A stretch of 64,000 nucleotides of DNA, taken from NCBI GenBank assembly GCA_964016885.1, contig OZ024742.1:377084001-377148000 (forward strand), written 5' to 3'. The translations under genes and the position numbers were made by a program. Every line of letters starts with the position of its first letter. Position 1 is the stretch's first letter. Below the pieces are notes generated by a model. It made no database searches and was not told the origin of the DNA. It saw nothing but the letters and a program-made list of their open reading frames with translations. Positions 1-13,200 of the stretch are shown here, piece by piece. This DNA comes from Eledone cirrhosa. Its lineage: Eukaryota.

Positions 1-3000
1 ACACTTCATACTACAGTAAAGACAATAAAGTCCCAGGTCACTACTGTGGTCGACACACTTCATCCTATAGTAAAGACTATAAAGTCCCAGGTCACTACTG
101 TGGTCGACACACTTCATACTATAGTAAAGACTATGAAGTCCCAGGTCACTACTGTGGTTTTCACACTTCATCCTATAGTAAAGACTATAAAGCCCCAGGT
201 CACTACTGTGGTCGACACACTTCATACTATAGGAAAGACTATAAAGTCCCAGGTCACTACAGTGGTCGACACACTTCATCCTATAGTAAAGACTATAAAG
301 TCCCAGGTCACTACTGTGGTCGACACACTTCATACTATAGTAAAGACTATAAAGTCCCAGGTCACTACTGTGGTCGACACACTTCATCCTATAGTAAAGA
401 CTATAAAATCCCAGGTCACTACTGTGGTCGACAGACTTCATCCTATAGTAAAGACTATAAAGTCCCAGGTCACTACTGTGGTCGACACACTTCATCCTAT
501 AGTAAAGACTATAAAGTCCCAGGTCACTACTGTGGTCGACAGACTTCATCCTATAGTAAAGACTATAAAGTCCCAGGTCACTACTGTGGTCGACACACTT
601 CATACTATAGTAAAAACTATAATGTCCCAGGTCACTACTGTGGTCGACACACTTCATACTATAGTAAAGACTATAAATTCCCAGGTCACTACTGTGGTCG
701 ACACACTTCATACTATAGTAAAGACTATAAAGTCCCAGGTCACTACTGTGGTCGACACACTTCATCCTATAGTAAAGACTATAAAGTCCCAGGTCACTAC
801 TGTGGTCGACACACTTCATCCTATAGTAAAGACTATAAAGTCCCAGGTCACTACTGTGGTCGACACACTTCATACTATAGTAAAGACTATACAGTCCCAG
901 GTCACTAATGTGGTCGACACACTTCATACTATAGTAAAGACTATAAAGTCCCAGGCCACTACTGTGGTCGACACACTTCATACTATAGTAAAGACTATAA
1001 AGTCCCAGGTCACTACTGTGGTCGACACAATTCATCCTATAGTAAAGACTATAAAGTCCCAGGTCACTACTGTGGTCGACACACTTCATCCTATAGTAAA
1101 GACTATAAAGTCCCAGGTCACTACTGTGGTCGACACACTTCATACTATAGTAAAGACTATAAAGTCCCAGGTCACTACTGTGGTCGACACACTCCATCCT
1201 ATAGTAAAGACTATAAAGTCCCAGGTCACTACTGTGGTTGACACACTTCATCCTATAGTAAAGACTATAAAGTCCCAGGTCACTACTGAGGTCGACACAC
1301 TTCAACCTTTAGTAAAGACTATAAAGTCCCAGGTCACTACTATGGTCGACACACTTCATCCTATAGTAAAGACTATAAAGTCCCAGGTCACTACTGTGGT
1401 CGACACACTTCATACTATAGTAAAGACTATAAAGTCCCAGGTCACTACTGTGGTCGACACACTTCATACTATAGTAAAGACTATAAAGTCCCAGGTCACT
1501 ACTGTGGTCGACACACTTCATACTATAGTAAAGAATATAAAGTCCCAGGTCACTACTGTGGTCGACACACTTCATACTATAGTAAAGACTATAAAGTCCC
1601 AGGTCACTACTGTGGTCGACACAATTCATACTATAGTAAAGACTATAAAGTCCCAGGTCACTACTGTGGTCGACACACTTCATCCTATAGTAAAGACTAT
1701 AAAGTCCCAGGTCACTACTGTGGTCGACACACTTCATCCTATAGTAAAGACTATAAAGTCCCAGGTCACTACTATGGTCGACACACTTCAACCTTTAGTA
1801 AAGACTATAAAGTCCCAGGTCACTACTGTGGTTTTCACACTTCATCCTATAGTAAGGACTATAAAGTCACAGGTCACTACTATGGTCGACACACTTCATC
1901 CTATAGTAAAGACTATAAAGCCCCAGGTCACTACTGTGGTCGACACACTTCATCCTATAGTAAAGGCTATAAAGTCCCAGGTCACTAATATGGTCGACAC
2001 ACTTCATACTATAGTAAAGACTATAAAGTCCCAGGTCACTACTGTGGTCGACACACTTCATCCTATATTAAAGACTATAAAGTCCCAGGTCACTACTGTG
2101 GTCGACACACTTCATACTATAGTAAAGAATATAAAGTCCCAGGTCACTACTGTGGTCGACACACTTCATACTATAGTAAAGACTATAAAGTCCCAGGTCA
2201 CTACTGTGGTCGACACAATTCATACTATAGTAAAGACTATAAAGTCCCAGGTCACTACTGTGGTCGCCACACTTCATCCTATAGTAAAGAATATAAAGTC
2301 CCAGGTCCCTACTGTGGTCGACACACTTTATACTATAGTAAAGACTATAAAGTCCCAGGTCACTACTGTGGTCGCCACACTTCATCCTATATTAAAGACT
2401 ATAAAGTCCCAGGTCACTACTGTGGTCGACACACTTCATCCTATAGTAAAGAATATAAAGTCCCAGGTCACTACTGTGGTCGACACACTTCATCCTATAG
2501 TAAAGAATATAAAGTCCCAGGTCCCTACTGTGGTCGACACACTTCATACTATAGTAAAGACTATAAAGTCCCAGGTCACTACTGTGGTCGCCACACTTCA
2601 TCCTATCTTAAAGACTATAAAGTCCCAGGTCACTACTGTGGTCGACACACTTCATCCTATATTAAAGACTATAAAGTCCCAGGTCACTACTGTGGTCGAC
2701 ACACTTCATCCTATAGTAAAGACTATAAAGTCCCAGGTCACTACTGTGGTCGACACACTTCATCCTATATTAAAGACTATAAAGTCCCAGGTCACTACTG
2801 TGGTCGACACACTTCATCCTATATTAAAGACTATAAAGTCCCAGGTCACTACTGTGGTCGACACACTTCATCCTATATTAAAGACTATAAAGTCCCAGGT
2901 CACTACTGTGGTCGACACACTTCATACTATAGTAAAGACTATAAAGTCCCAGGTCACTACTGTGGTGGACACACTTCAACCTATAGTAAAGACTATAAAG

Positions 3001-4262
3001 TCCCAGGTCACTACTGTGGTCGACACACTTCATACTATAGTAAAGACTGTAAAGTCCCAGGTCACTACTGTGGTCGACACACTTCATCCTATAGTAAAGA
3101 CTATAAAGTCCCAGGTCACTACTGTGGTCGACACACTTCATCCTACAGTAAAGACTATAAAGTCCCAGGTCACTACTGTGGTCGACACACTTCATCCTAT
3201 AGTAACGTCTATAAAGTCCCAGGTCACTACTGTGGTCGACACACTTCATACTATAGTAAAGACAATAAAGTCCCAGGTCACTACTGTCGTCGACATACTT
3301 CATCCTATAGTAAAGACTATAAAGTCCCAGGTCACTACTGTGGTCGACACACTTCATACTATAGTAAAGACTATAAAGTCCCAGGTCACCATTATGGGCG
3401 AAACACTTCATCCTATAGTAAAGAATATAAAGTCCCAGGTCACTACTGTGGTCGACACACTTCATCCTATAGTAAAGACTATAAAGTCCCAGGTCACTAC
3501 TGTGGTCGACACACTTCATACTATAGTAAAGACTATAAAGTCCCAGGTCATTACAGTGGTCGACACACTTCATCCTATAGTAAAGATAATAAAGTCCCAG
3601 GTCACTACTGTGGTCGACACACTTCATACTATAGTAAAGACTATAAAGTCCCAGGTCACTACTGTGGTCGACACACTTCATACTACAGTAAAGACAATAA
3701 AGTCCCAGGTCACTACTGTGGTCGACACACTTCATCCTATAGTAAAGACTATAAAGTCCCAGGTCACTATTGTGGTCGACACACTTCATACTATAGTAAA
3801 GACTATGAAGTCCCAGGTCACTACTGTGGTTTTCACACTTCATCCTATAGTAAAGACTATAAAGCCCCAGGTCACTACTGTGGTCGACACACTTCATACT
3901 ATAGGAAAGACTATAAAGTCCCAGGTCACTACAGTGGTCGACACACTTCATCCTATAGTAAAGACTATAAAGTCCCAGGTCACTACTGTGGTCGACACAC
4001 TTCATACTATAGTAAAGACTATAAAGTCCCAGGTCACTACTGTGGTCGACACACTTCATCCTATAGTAAAGACTATAAAATCCCAGGTCACTACTGTGGT
4101 CGACAGACTTCATCCTATAGTAAAGACTATAAAGTCCCAGGTCACTACTGTGGTCGACACACTTCATCCTATAGTAAAGACTATAAAGTCCCAGGTCACT
4201 ACTGTGGTCGACAGACTTCATCCTATAGTAAAGACTATAAAGTCCCAGGTCACTACTGTGGT
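1..4262. repeat. Higher-order duplication: 1-~590 recurs at 3673-~4262 (offset 3672 = 68 monomers)
   Basis: Same ordered rare variants in both copies: tactacagtaaagacaata, actatgaag, gtggttttcac, aagcccc, ataggaaag, actacagtgg, ataaaatccc, acagactt x2. Confidence 0.9.
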
Positions 4263-7200
4263 CGACACACTTCATCCTATAGTAAAGACAATAAAGTCCC
4301 AGGTCACTACTGTGGTCGACACACTTCATCCTATAGTAAAGACTATAAAGTCCCAGGTCACTACTGTGGTCGACACACTTCATCCTATAGTAAAGACTAT
4401 AAAGTCCCAGGTCACTACTCTGGTCGACACACTTCATCCTATAATAAAGACTATAAAGTCCCAGGTCCCTACTGTGGTCGACACACTTCATCCTATAGTA
4501 AAGACTATAAAGTCCCAGGTCACTACTGTGGTCGACACACTTCATCCTATAGTAAAGACTATAAAGTCCCAGGTCACTACTGTGGTCGACACACTTCATA
4601 CTATAGTAAAGACTATAAAGTCCCAGGTCACTACTGTGGTCGACACACTTCATCCTATAGTAAAGACTATAAAGTCCCAGGTCCCTACTGTGGTCGACAC
4701 ACTTCATCCTATAGTAAAGATTATAAAGTCCCAGGTCACTACTCTGGTCGACACACTTCATCCTATAGTAAAGACTATAAAGTCCCAGGTCACTACTGTG
4801 GTCGACACACTTCAACCTATAGTAAAGACAATAAAGTCCCAGGTCACTACTGTGGTCGACACACTTCATCCTATAGTAAAGACTATAAAGTCCCAGGTCA
4901 CTACTGTGGTTTTCATACTTCATCCTATAGTAAAGACTATAAAGTCACAGGTCACTTCTGTGGTCGACACACTTCATACTATAGTAAAGAGTATAAAGTC
5001 CCAGGTCACTACTGTGGTCGACACACTTCATACTATAGTAAAGAGTATAAAGTCCCAGGTCACTACTGTGTTCGACACACTTCATCCTATAGTAAAGACT
5101 ATAAAGTCCCAGGTCACTACTGTGGTCGACACACTTCATACTATAGTAAAGACTATAAAGTCCCAGGTCACTACTGTCGTCGACACACTTCAACCTATAG
5201 TAAAGACTATAAAGTCCCAGGTCACTACTGTGGTCGACACACTTCATCCTATAATAAAGACTATAAAGTTCCAGGTCACTACTGTGGTCGACACACTTCA
5301 TACTATAGTAAAGACTATAAAGTCCCAGGACACTACTGTGGTCGACACACTTCATCCTATAGTAAAGACTATAAAGTCCCAGGTCACTACTGTCGTCGAC
5401 ACACTTCAACCTATAGTAAAGACTATAAAGTCCCAGGTCACTACTGTGGTCGACACACTTCATCCTATAATAAAGACTATAAAGTTCCAGGTCACTACTG
5501 TGGTCGACACACTTCATACTATAGTAAAGACTATAAAGTCCCAGGTCACTACTGTGGTCGACACACTTCATCCTATAGTAAAGACTATAAAGTCCCAGGT
5601 CACTACTGTGGTCGACACACTTCAACGTATAGTAAAGACTATAAAGTCCCAGGTCACTACTGTGGTCGACACACTTCATCCTATAGTAAAGACTATAAAG
5701 TCCCAGCTCACTACTGTGGTCGACACACTTCATACTATAGTAAAGACTATAAAGTCCCAGGTCGCTACTGTGGTCGACACACTTCATCCTATAGTAAAGA
5801 CTATAAAGTCCCAGGTCACTACTGTGGTCGACACACTTCATCCTATAGTAAAGACTATAAAGTCCCAGGTCACTACTGTGGTCGACACGCTTCATCCTAT
5901 AGTAAAGACTATAAAGTCCCAGGTCACTACTGTGGTCGACACACTTCATCCTATAGTAAAGACTATAAAGTCCCAGGTCACTACTGTGGGCGACACACTT
6001 CATTCTATATTAAAGACTATAAAGTCCCAGGTCACTACTGTGGTCGACACACTTCATCCTATAGTAAAGACTATAAAGTCCCAGGTCACTACTGTGGTCG
6101 ACACACTTCAACCTATAGTAAAGACTATAAAGTCACAGGTCACTACTGTGGTCGACACACTTCATCCTATAGTAAAGACTATAAAGTCCCAGGTCACTAC
6201 TGTGGTCGACACACTTCAACCTATAGTAAAGACAATAAAGTCCCAGGTCACTACTGTGGTCGACACACTTCATCCTATAGTAAAGACTATAAAGTCCCAG
6301 GTCACTACTGTGGTCGACACACTTCATACTATAGTAAAGACTATAAAGTCCCAGGTCACTACTGTGGTCGACACACTTCATCCTTTAGTAAAGACTATAA
6401 AGTCCCAGGTCACTACTGTGGTCGACACACTTCATCCTATAGTAAAGACTATAAAGTCCCAGGTCACTACTGTGGTCGACACACTTCATACTATAGTAAA
6501 GACTATAAAGTCCCAGGTCACTACTGTGGTCGACACACTTCAACCTATAGTAAAGACAATAAAGTCCCAGGTCACTACTGTGGTCGACACACTTCATCCT
6601 ATAGTAAAGACTATAAAGTCCCAGGTCACTACTGTGGTTTTCATACTTCATCCTATAGTAAAGACTATAAAGTCACAGGTCACTTCTGTGGTCGACACAC
6701 TTCATACTATAGTAAAGAGTATAAAGTCCCAGGTCACTACTGTGGTCGACACACTTCATACTATAGTAAAGAGTATAAAGTCCCAGGTCACTACTGTGTT
6801 CGACACACTTCATCCTATAGTAAAGACTATAAAGTCCCAGGTCACTACTGTGGTCGACACACTTCATACTATAGTAAAGACTATAAAGTCCCAGGTCACT
6901 ACTGTCGTCGACACACTTCAACCTATAGTAAAGACTATAAAGTCCCAGGTCACTACTGTGGTCGACACACTTCATCCTATAATAAAGACTATAAAGTTCC
7001 AGGTCACTACTGTGGTCGACACACTTCATACTATAGTAAAGACTATAAAGTCCCAGGTCACTACTGTGGTCGACACACTTCATCCTATAGTAAAGACTAT
7101 AAAGTCCCAGGTCACTACTGTCGTCGACACACTTCAACCTATAGTAAAGACTATAAAGTCCCAGGTCACTACTGTGGTCGACACACTTCATCCTATAATA

Positions 7201-10200
7201 AAGACTATAAAGTTCCAGGTCACTACTGTGGTCGACACACTTCATACTATAGTAAAGACTATAAAGTCCCAGGTCACTACTGTGGTCGACACACTTCATC
7301 CTATAGTAAAGACTATAAAGTCCCAGGTCACTACTGTGGTCGACACACTTCAACGTATAGTAAAGACTATAAAGTCCCAGGTCACTACTGTGGTCGACAC
7401 ACTTCATCCTATAGTAAAGACTATAAAGTCCCAGCTCACTACTGTGGTCGACACACTTCATACTATAGTAAAGACTATAAAGTCCCAGGTCGCTACTGTG
7501 GTCGACACACTTCATCCTATAGTAAAGACTATAAAGTCCCAGGTCACTACTGTGGTCGACACACTTCATCCTATAGTAAAGACTATAAAGTCCCAGGTCA
7601 CTACTGTGGTCGACACGCTTCATCCTATAGTAAAGACTATAAAGTCCCAGGTCACTACTGTGGTCGACACACTTCAACCTATAGTAAAGACAATAAAGTC
7701 CCAGGTCACTACTGTGGTCGACACACTTCATCCTATAGTAAAGACTATAAAGTCCCAGGTCACTACTGTGGTCGACACACTTCATCCTTTAGTAAAGACT
7801 ATAAAGTCCCAGGTCACTACTGTGGTCGACACACTTCATACTATAGTAAAGACCATAAAGTCCCAGGTCACTACTGTGGTCGACACGCTTCATCCTATAG
7901 TAAAGACTATAAAGTCCCAGGTCACTACTGTGGTCGACACACTTAATACTATAGTAAAGACCATAAAGTCCCAGGTCACTACTGTGGTCGACACGCTTCA
8001 TCCTATAGTAAAGACTATAAAGTCCCAGGTCACTACTGTGGTCGACACACTTAATACTATAGTAAAGACCATAAAGTCCCAGGTCACTACTGTGGTCGAC
8101 ACGCTTCATCCTATAGTAAAGACTATAAAGTCCCAGGTCACTACTGTGGTCGACACACTTCATACTATAGTAAAGACTATAAAGTCCCAGGTCACTACTG
8201 TGGTCGACACACTTAATACTATAGTAAAGACCATAAAGTCCCAGGTCACTACTGTGGTCGACACGCTTCATCCTATAGTAAAGACTATAAAGTCCCAGGT
8301 CACTACTGTGGTCGACACACTTCATACTATAGTAAAGACTATAAAGTCCCAGGTCACTACTGTGGTCGACACACTTCATACTATAGTAAAGACTATAAAG
8401 TCCCAGGTCACTACTGTGGTCGACACACTTCATACTATAGTAAAGACTATAAAGTCCCAGGTCACTACTGTGGTCGACACACTTCATACTATAGTAAAGA
8501 CTATAAAGTCCCAGGTCACTACTGTGGTCGACACACTTCATACTATAGTAAAGACTATAAAGTCCCAGGTCACTACTGTGCTCGACACACTTCATACTAT
8601 AGTAAAGACTATAAAGTCCCAGGTCACTACTGTGGTCGACACACTTCATACTATAGTAAAGACTATAAAGTCCCAGGTCACTACTGTGGTCGATACACTT
8701 CATCCTATAGTAAAGACTATAAAGTCCCAGGTCACTACTGTGGTCGACACACTTAATACTATAGTAAAGACCATAAAGTCCCAGGTCACTACTGTGGTCG
8801 ACACACTTCATCCTATAGTAAAGACTATAAAGTCCCAGGTCACTACTGTGGTCGACACTTATACTATAGTAAAGACCATAAAGTCCCAGGTTACTACTGT
8901 GGTCGACACACTTCATCCTATAGTAAAGACTATAAAGTCCCAGGTCACTACTGTGGTCGACACACTTCATCCTATAGTAAAGACTATAAAGTCCCAGGTC
9001 ACTACTGTGGTCGACACACTTCATCCTATAGTAAAGACTATAAAGTCCCAGGTCACTACTGTGGTCGACACACTTCATCCTATAGTAAAGACTATGAAGT
9101 CCCAGGTCACTACTGTGGTCGACACACTTCATCCTATAGTAAAGACTATAAAGTCCCAGGTCACTACTGTGGTCGACACACTTCATCCTATAGTAAAGAC
9201 TATAAAGTCCCAGGTCACTACTGTGGTCGACACACTTCATCCTATAGTAAAGACTATAAAGTCCCAGGTCACTACTGTGGTCGACACACTTCATCCTATA
9301 GTAAAGACTATAAAGTCCCAGGTCACTACTGTGGTCGACACACTTCATCCTATAGTAAAGACTATAAAGTCCCAGGTCACTACTGTGGTGGACACACTTC
9401 ATCCTATAGTAAAGACTATAAAGTCCCAGGTCACTACTGTGGTCGACACACTTCATCCTATAGTAAAGACTATAAAGTCCCAGGTCACTAATGCGGTCGA
9501 CACACTTCATCATATAGTAAAGACTATAAAGTCCCAGGTCACTACTGTGGTCGACACACTTCATCCTATAGTAAAGACTATAAAGTCCCAGGTCACTACT
9601 GTGGTCGACACACTTCATCCTATAGTAAAGACTATAAAGTCCCATGTCACTACTGTGGTCGATACACTTCATCCTATAGTAAAGACTATAAAGTCCCAGG
9701 TCACTACTGTGGTCGACACACTTCATACTATAGTAAAGACTATAAAGTCCCAGCTCACTACTGTGGTCGACACACTTCATACTATAGTAAAGACTATAAA
9801 GTCCCAGGTCACTACTGTGGTCGACAGACTTCATACTATAGTAAAGACAATAAAGTCCCAGGACACTACTGTGGTCGACACACTTCATACTATAGTAAAG
9901 ACTATAAAGTCCCAGGTCACTACTGTGGTCGACACACTTCATCCTATAGTAAAGACTATAAAGTCCCAGGTCACTACTGTGGTCGACACACTTCATACTA
10001 TTGTAAAGACTATAAAGTCCCAGGTCACTACTGTGGTCGACACACTTCATACTATAGTAAAGACTATAAAGTCCCAGGTCACTACTGTGGTCGACACACT
10101 TCATCCTATAGTAAAGACTATAAAGTCCCAGGTCACTACTGTGGTCGACACACCTCATACTATAGTAAAGACTATAAAGTCCCAGGTCACTACTGTGGTC

Positions 10201-13200
10201 GACACACTTCAACCTATAGTAAAGACTATTAAGTCCCAGGTCACTACTGTGGTCGACACACTTCATCCTATAGTAAAGACTATAAAGTCCCAGCTCACTA
10301 CTGTGGTCGACACACTTCATACTATAGTAAAGACTATAAAGTCCCAGGTCACTACTGTGGTCGACACACTTCATCCTATAGTAAAGACTATAAAGTCCCA
10401 GGTCACTACTGTGGTCGACACACTTCATACTATAGTAAAGACCATAAAGTCCCAGGTCACTACTGTGGTCGACACGCTTCATCCTATAGTAAAGACTATA
10501 AAGTCCCAGGTCACTACTGTGGTCGACACACTTAATACTATAGTAAAGACCATAAAGTCCCAGGTCACTACTGTGGTCGACACGCTTCATCCTATAGTAA
10601 AGACTATAAAGTCCCAGGTCACTACTGTGGTCGACACACTTAATACTATAGTAAAGACTATAAAGTCCCAGGTCACTACTGTGGTCGACACACTTCATCC
10701 TATAGTAAAGACTATAAAGTCCCAGGTCACTACTGTGGTCGGCACACTTCATCCTATAGTAAAGACTATAAAGTCCCAGGTCACTACTGAGGTCGACACA
10801 CTTCAACCTATAGTAAAGACTATAAAGTCCCAGGTCACTACTGTGGTCGACACACTTCATACTATAGTAAAGACTATAAAGTCCCAGGTCACTACTGTGG
10901 TCGACACACTTAATACTATAGTAAAGACCATAAAGTCCCAGGTCACTACTGTGGTCGACACGCTTCATCCTATAGTAAAGACTATAATGTCCCAGGTCAC
11001 TACTGTGGTGGACACACTTCATACTATAGTAAAGACTATAAAGTTCCAGGTCACTACTGTGGTCGACACACTTCATCCTATAGTAAAGACTATAAAGTCC
11101 CAGGTCACTACTGTGGTCGACACACTTCATCCTATAGTAAAGACTATAAAGTCCCAGGTCACTACTGTGGTCGACACACTTCATCCTATAGTAAAGACTA
11201 TAAAGTCCCAGGTCACTACTGTGGTCGACACACTTCATCCTATAGTAAAGACCATAAAGTCCCAGGTCACTACTGTGGTAGACATACTTCATCCTATAGT
11301 AAAGACTATAATGTCCCAGGTCACTGCTGTGGTCGACACACTTCATCCTATAGTAAAGACTATGAAGTCCCAGGTCACTACTGTGGTCGACACACTTCAT
11401 CCTATAGTAAAGACTATAAAGTCCCAGGTCACTACTGTGGTCGACACACTTCATCCTATAGTAAAGACTATAAAGTCCCAGGTCACTACTGTGGTCGACA
11501 CACTTCATCCTATAGTAAAGACTATAAAGTCCCAGGTCACTACTGTGGTCGACACACTTCATCCTATAGTAAAGACTATAAAGTCCCAGGTCACTACTGT
11601 GGTCGACACACTTCATCCTATAGTAAAGACTATAAAGTCCCAGGTCACTACTGTGGTGGACACACTTCATCCTATAGTAAAGACTATAAAGTCCCAGGTC
11701 ACTACTGTGGTCGACACACTTCATCCTATAGTAAAGACTATAAAGTCCCAGGTCACTAATGTGGTCGACACACTTCATCATATAGTAAAGACTATAAAGT
11801 CCCAGGTCACTACTGTGGTCGACACACTTCATCCTATAGTAAAGACTATAAAGTCCCAGGTCACTACTGTGGTCGACACACTTCATCCTATAGTAAAGAC
11901 TATAAAGTCCCATGTCACTACTGTGGTCGATACACTTCATCCTATAGTAAAGACTATAAAGTCCCAGGTCACTACTGTGGTCGACACACTTCATACTATA
12001 GTAAAGACTATAAAGTCCCAGGTCACTACTGTGGTCGACACACTTCATACTATAGTAAAGACTATAAAGTCCCAGGTCACTACTGTAGTCGACAGACTTC
12101 ATACTATAGTAAAGACAATAAAGTCCCAGGACACTACTGTGGTCGACACACTTCATACTATAGTAAAGACTATAAAGTCCCAGGTCACTACTGTGGTCGA
12201 CACACTTCATCCTATAGTAAAGACTATAAAGTCCCAGGTCACTACTGTGGTCGACACACTTCATACTATAGTAAAGACTATAAAGTCCCAGGTCACTACT
12301 GTGGTCGACACACTTCATACTATAGTAAAGACTATAAAGTCCCAGGTCACTACTGTGGTCGACACACTTCATCCTATAGTAAAGACTATAAAGTCCCAGG
12401 TCACTACTGTGGTCGACACACCTCATACTATAGTAAAGACTATAAAGTCCCAGGTCACTACTGTGGTCGACACACTTCAACCTATAGTAAAGACTATTAA
12501 GTCCCAGGTCACTACTGTGGTCGACACACTTCATCCTATAGTAAAGACTATAAAGTCCCAGCTCACTACTGTGGTCGACACACTTCATACTATAGTAAAG
12601 ACTATAAAGTCCCAGGTCACTACTGTGGTCGACACACTTCATCCTATAGTAAAGACTATAAAGTCCCAGGTCACTACTGTGGTCGACACACTTCATACTA
12701 TAGTAAAGACCATAAAGTCCCAGGTCACTACTGTGGTCGACACGCTTCATCCTATAGTAAAGACTATAAAGTCCCAGGTCACTACTGTGGTCGACACACT
12801 TAATACTATAGTAAAGACCATAAAGTCCCAGGTCACTACTGTGGTCGACACGCTTCATCCTATAGTAAAGACTATAAAGTCCCAGGTCACTACTGTGGTC
12901 GACACACTTAATACTATAGTAAAGACTATAAAGTCCCAGGTCACTACTGTGGTCGACACACTTCATCCTATAGTAAAGACTATAAAGTCCCAGGTCACTA
13001 CTGTGGTCGACACACTTCATCCTATAGTAAAGACTATAAAGTCCCAGGTCACTACTGAGGTCGACACACTTCAACCTATAGTAAAGACTATAAAGTCCCA
13101 GGTCACTACTGTGGTCGACACACTTCATACTATAGTAAAGACTATAAAGTCCCAGGTCACTACTGTGGTCGACACACTTAATACTATAGTAAAGACCATA

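Noticed and set aside
76-90. ZNF143/THAP11-associated ACTAYRnnnCCCR motif (ACTATAAAGTCCCAG)
   Set aside because: The spacer is 4 nt instead of 3 and the downstream part of the extended motif is absent; only a resemblance.
7944-7954. T7/SP6 promoter-like TAATAC..CTATAG and SalI site suggesting a synthetic construct
   Set aside because: There is no full phage promoter match. The nested natural-looking mutation and duplication history argues against vector or synthetic origin.
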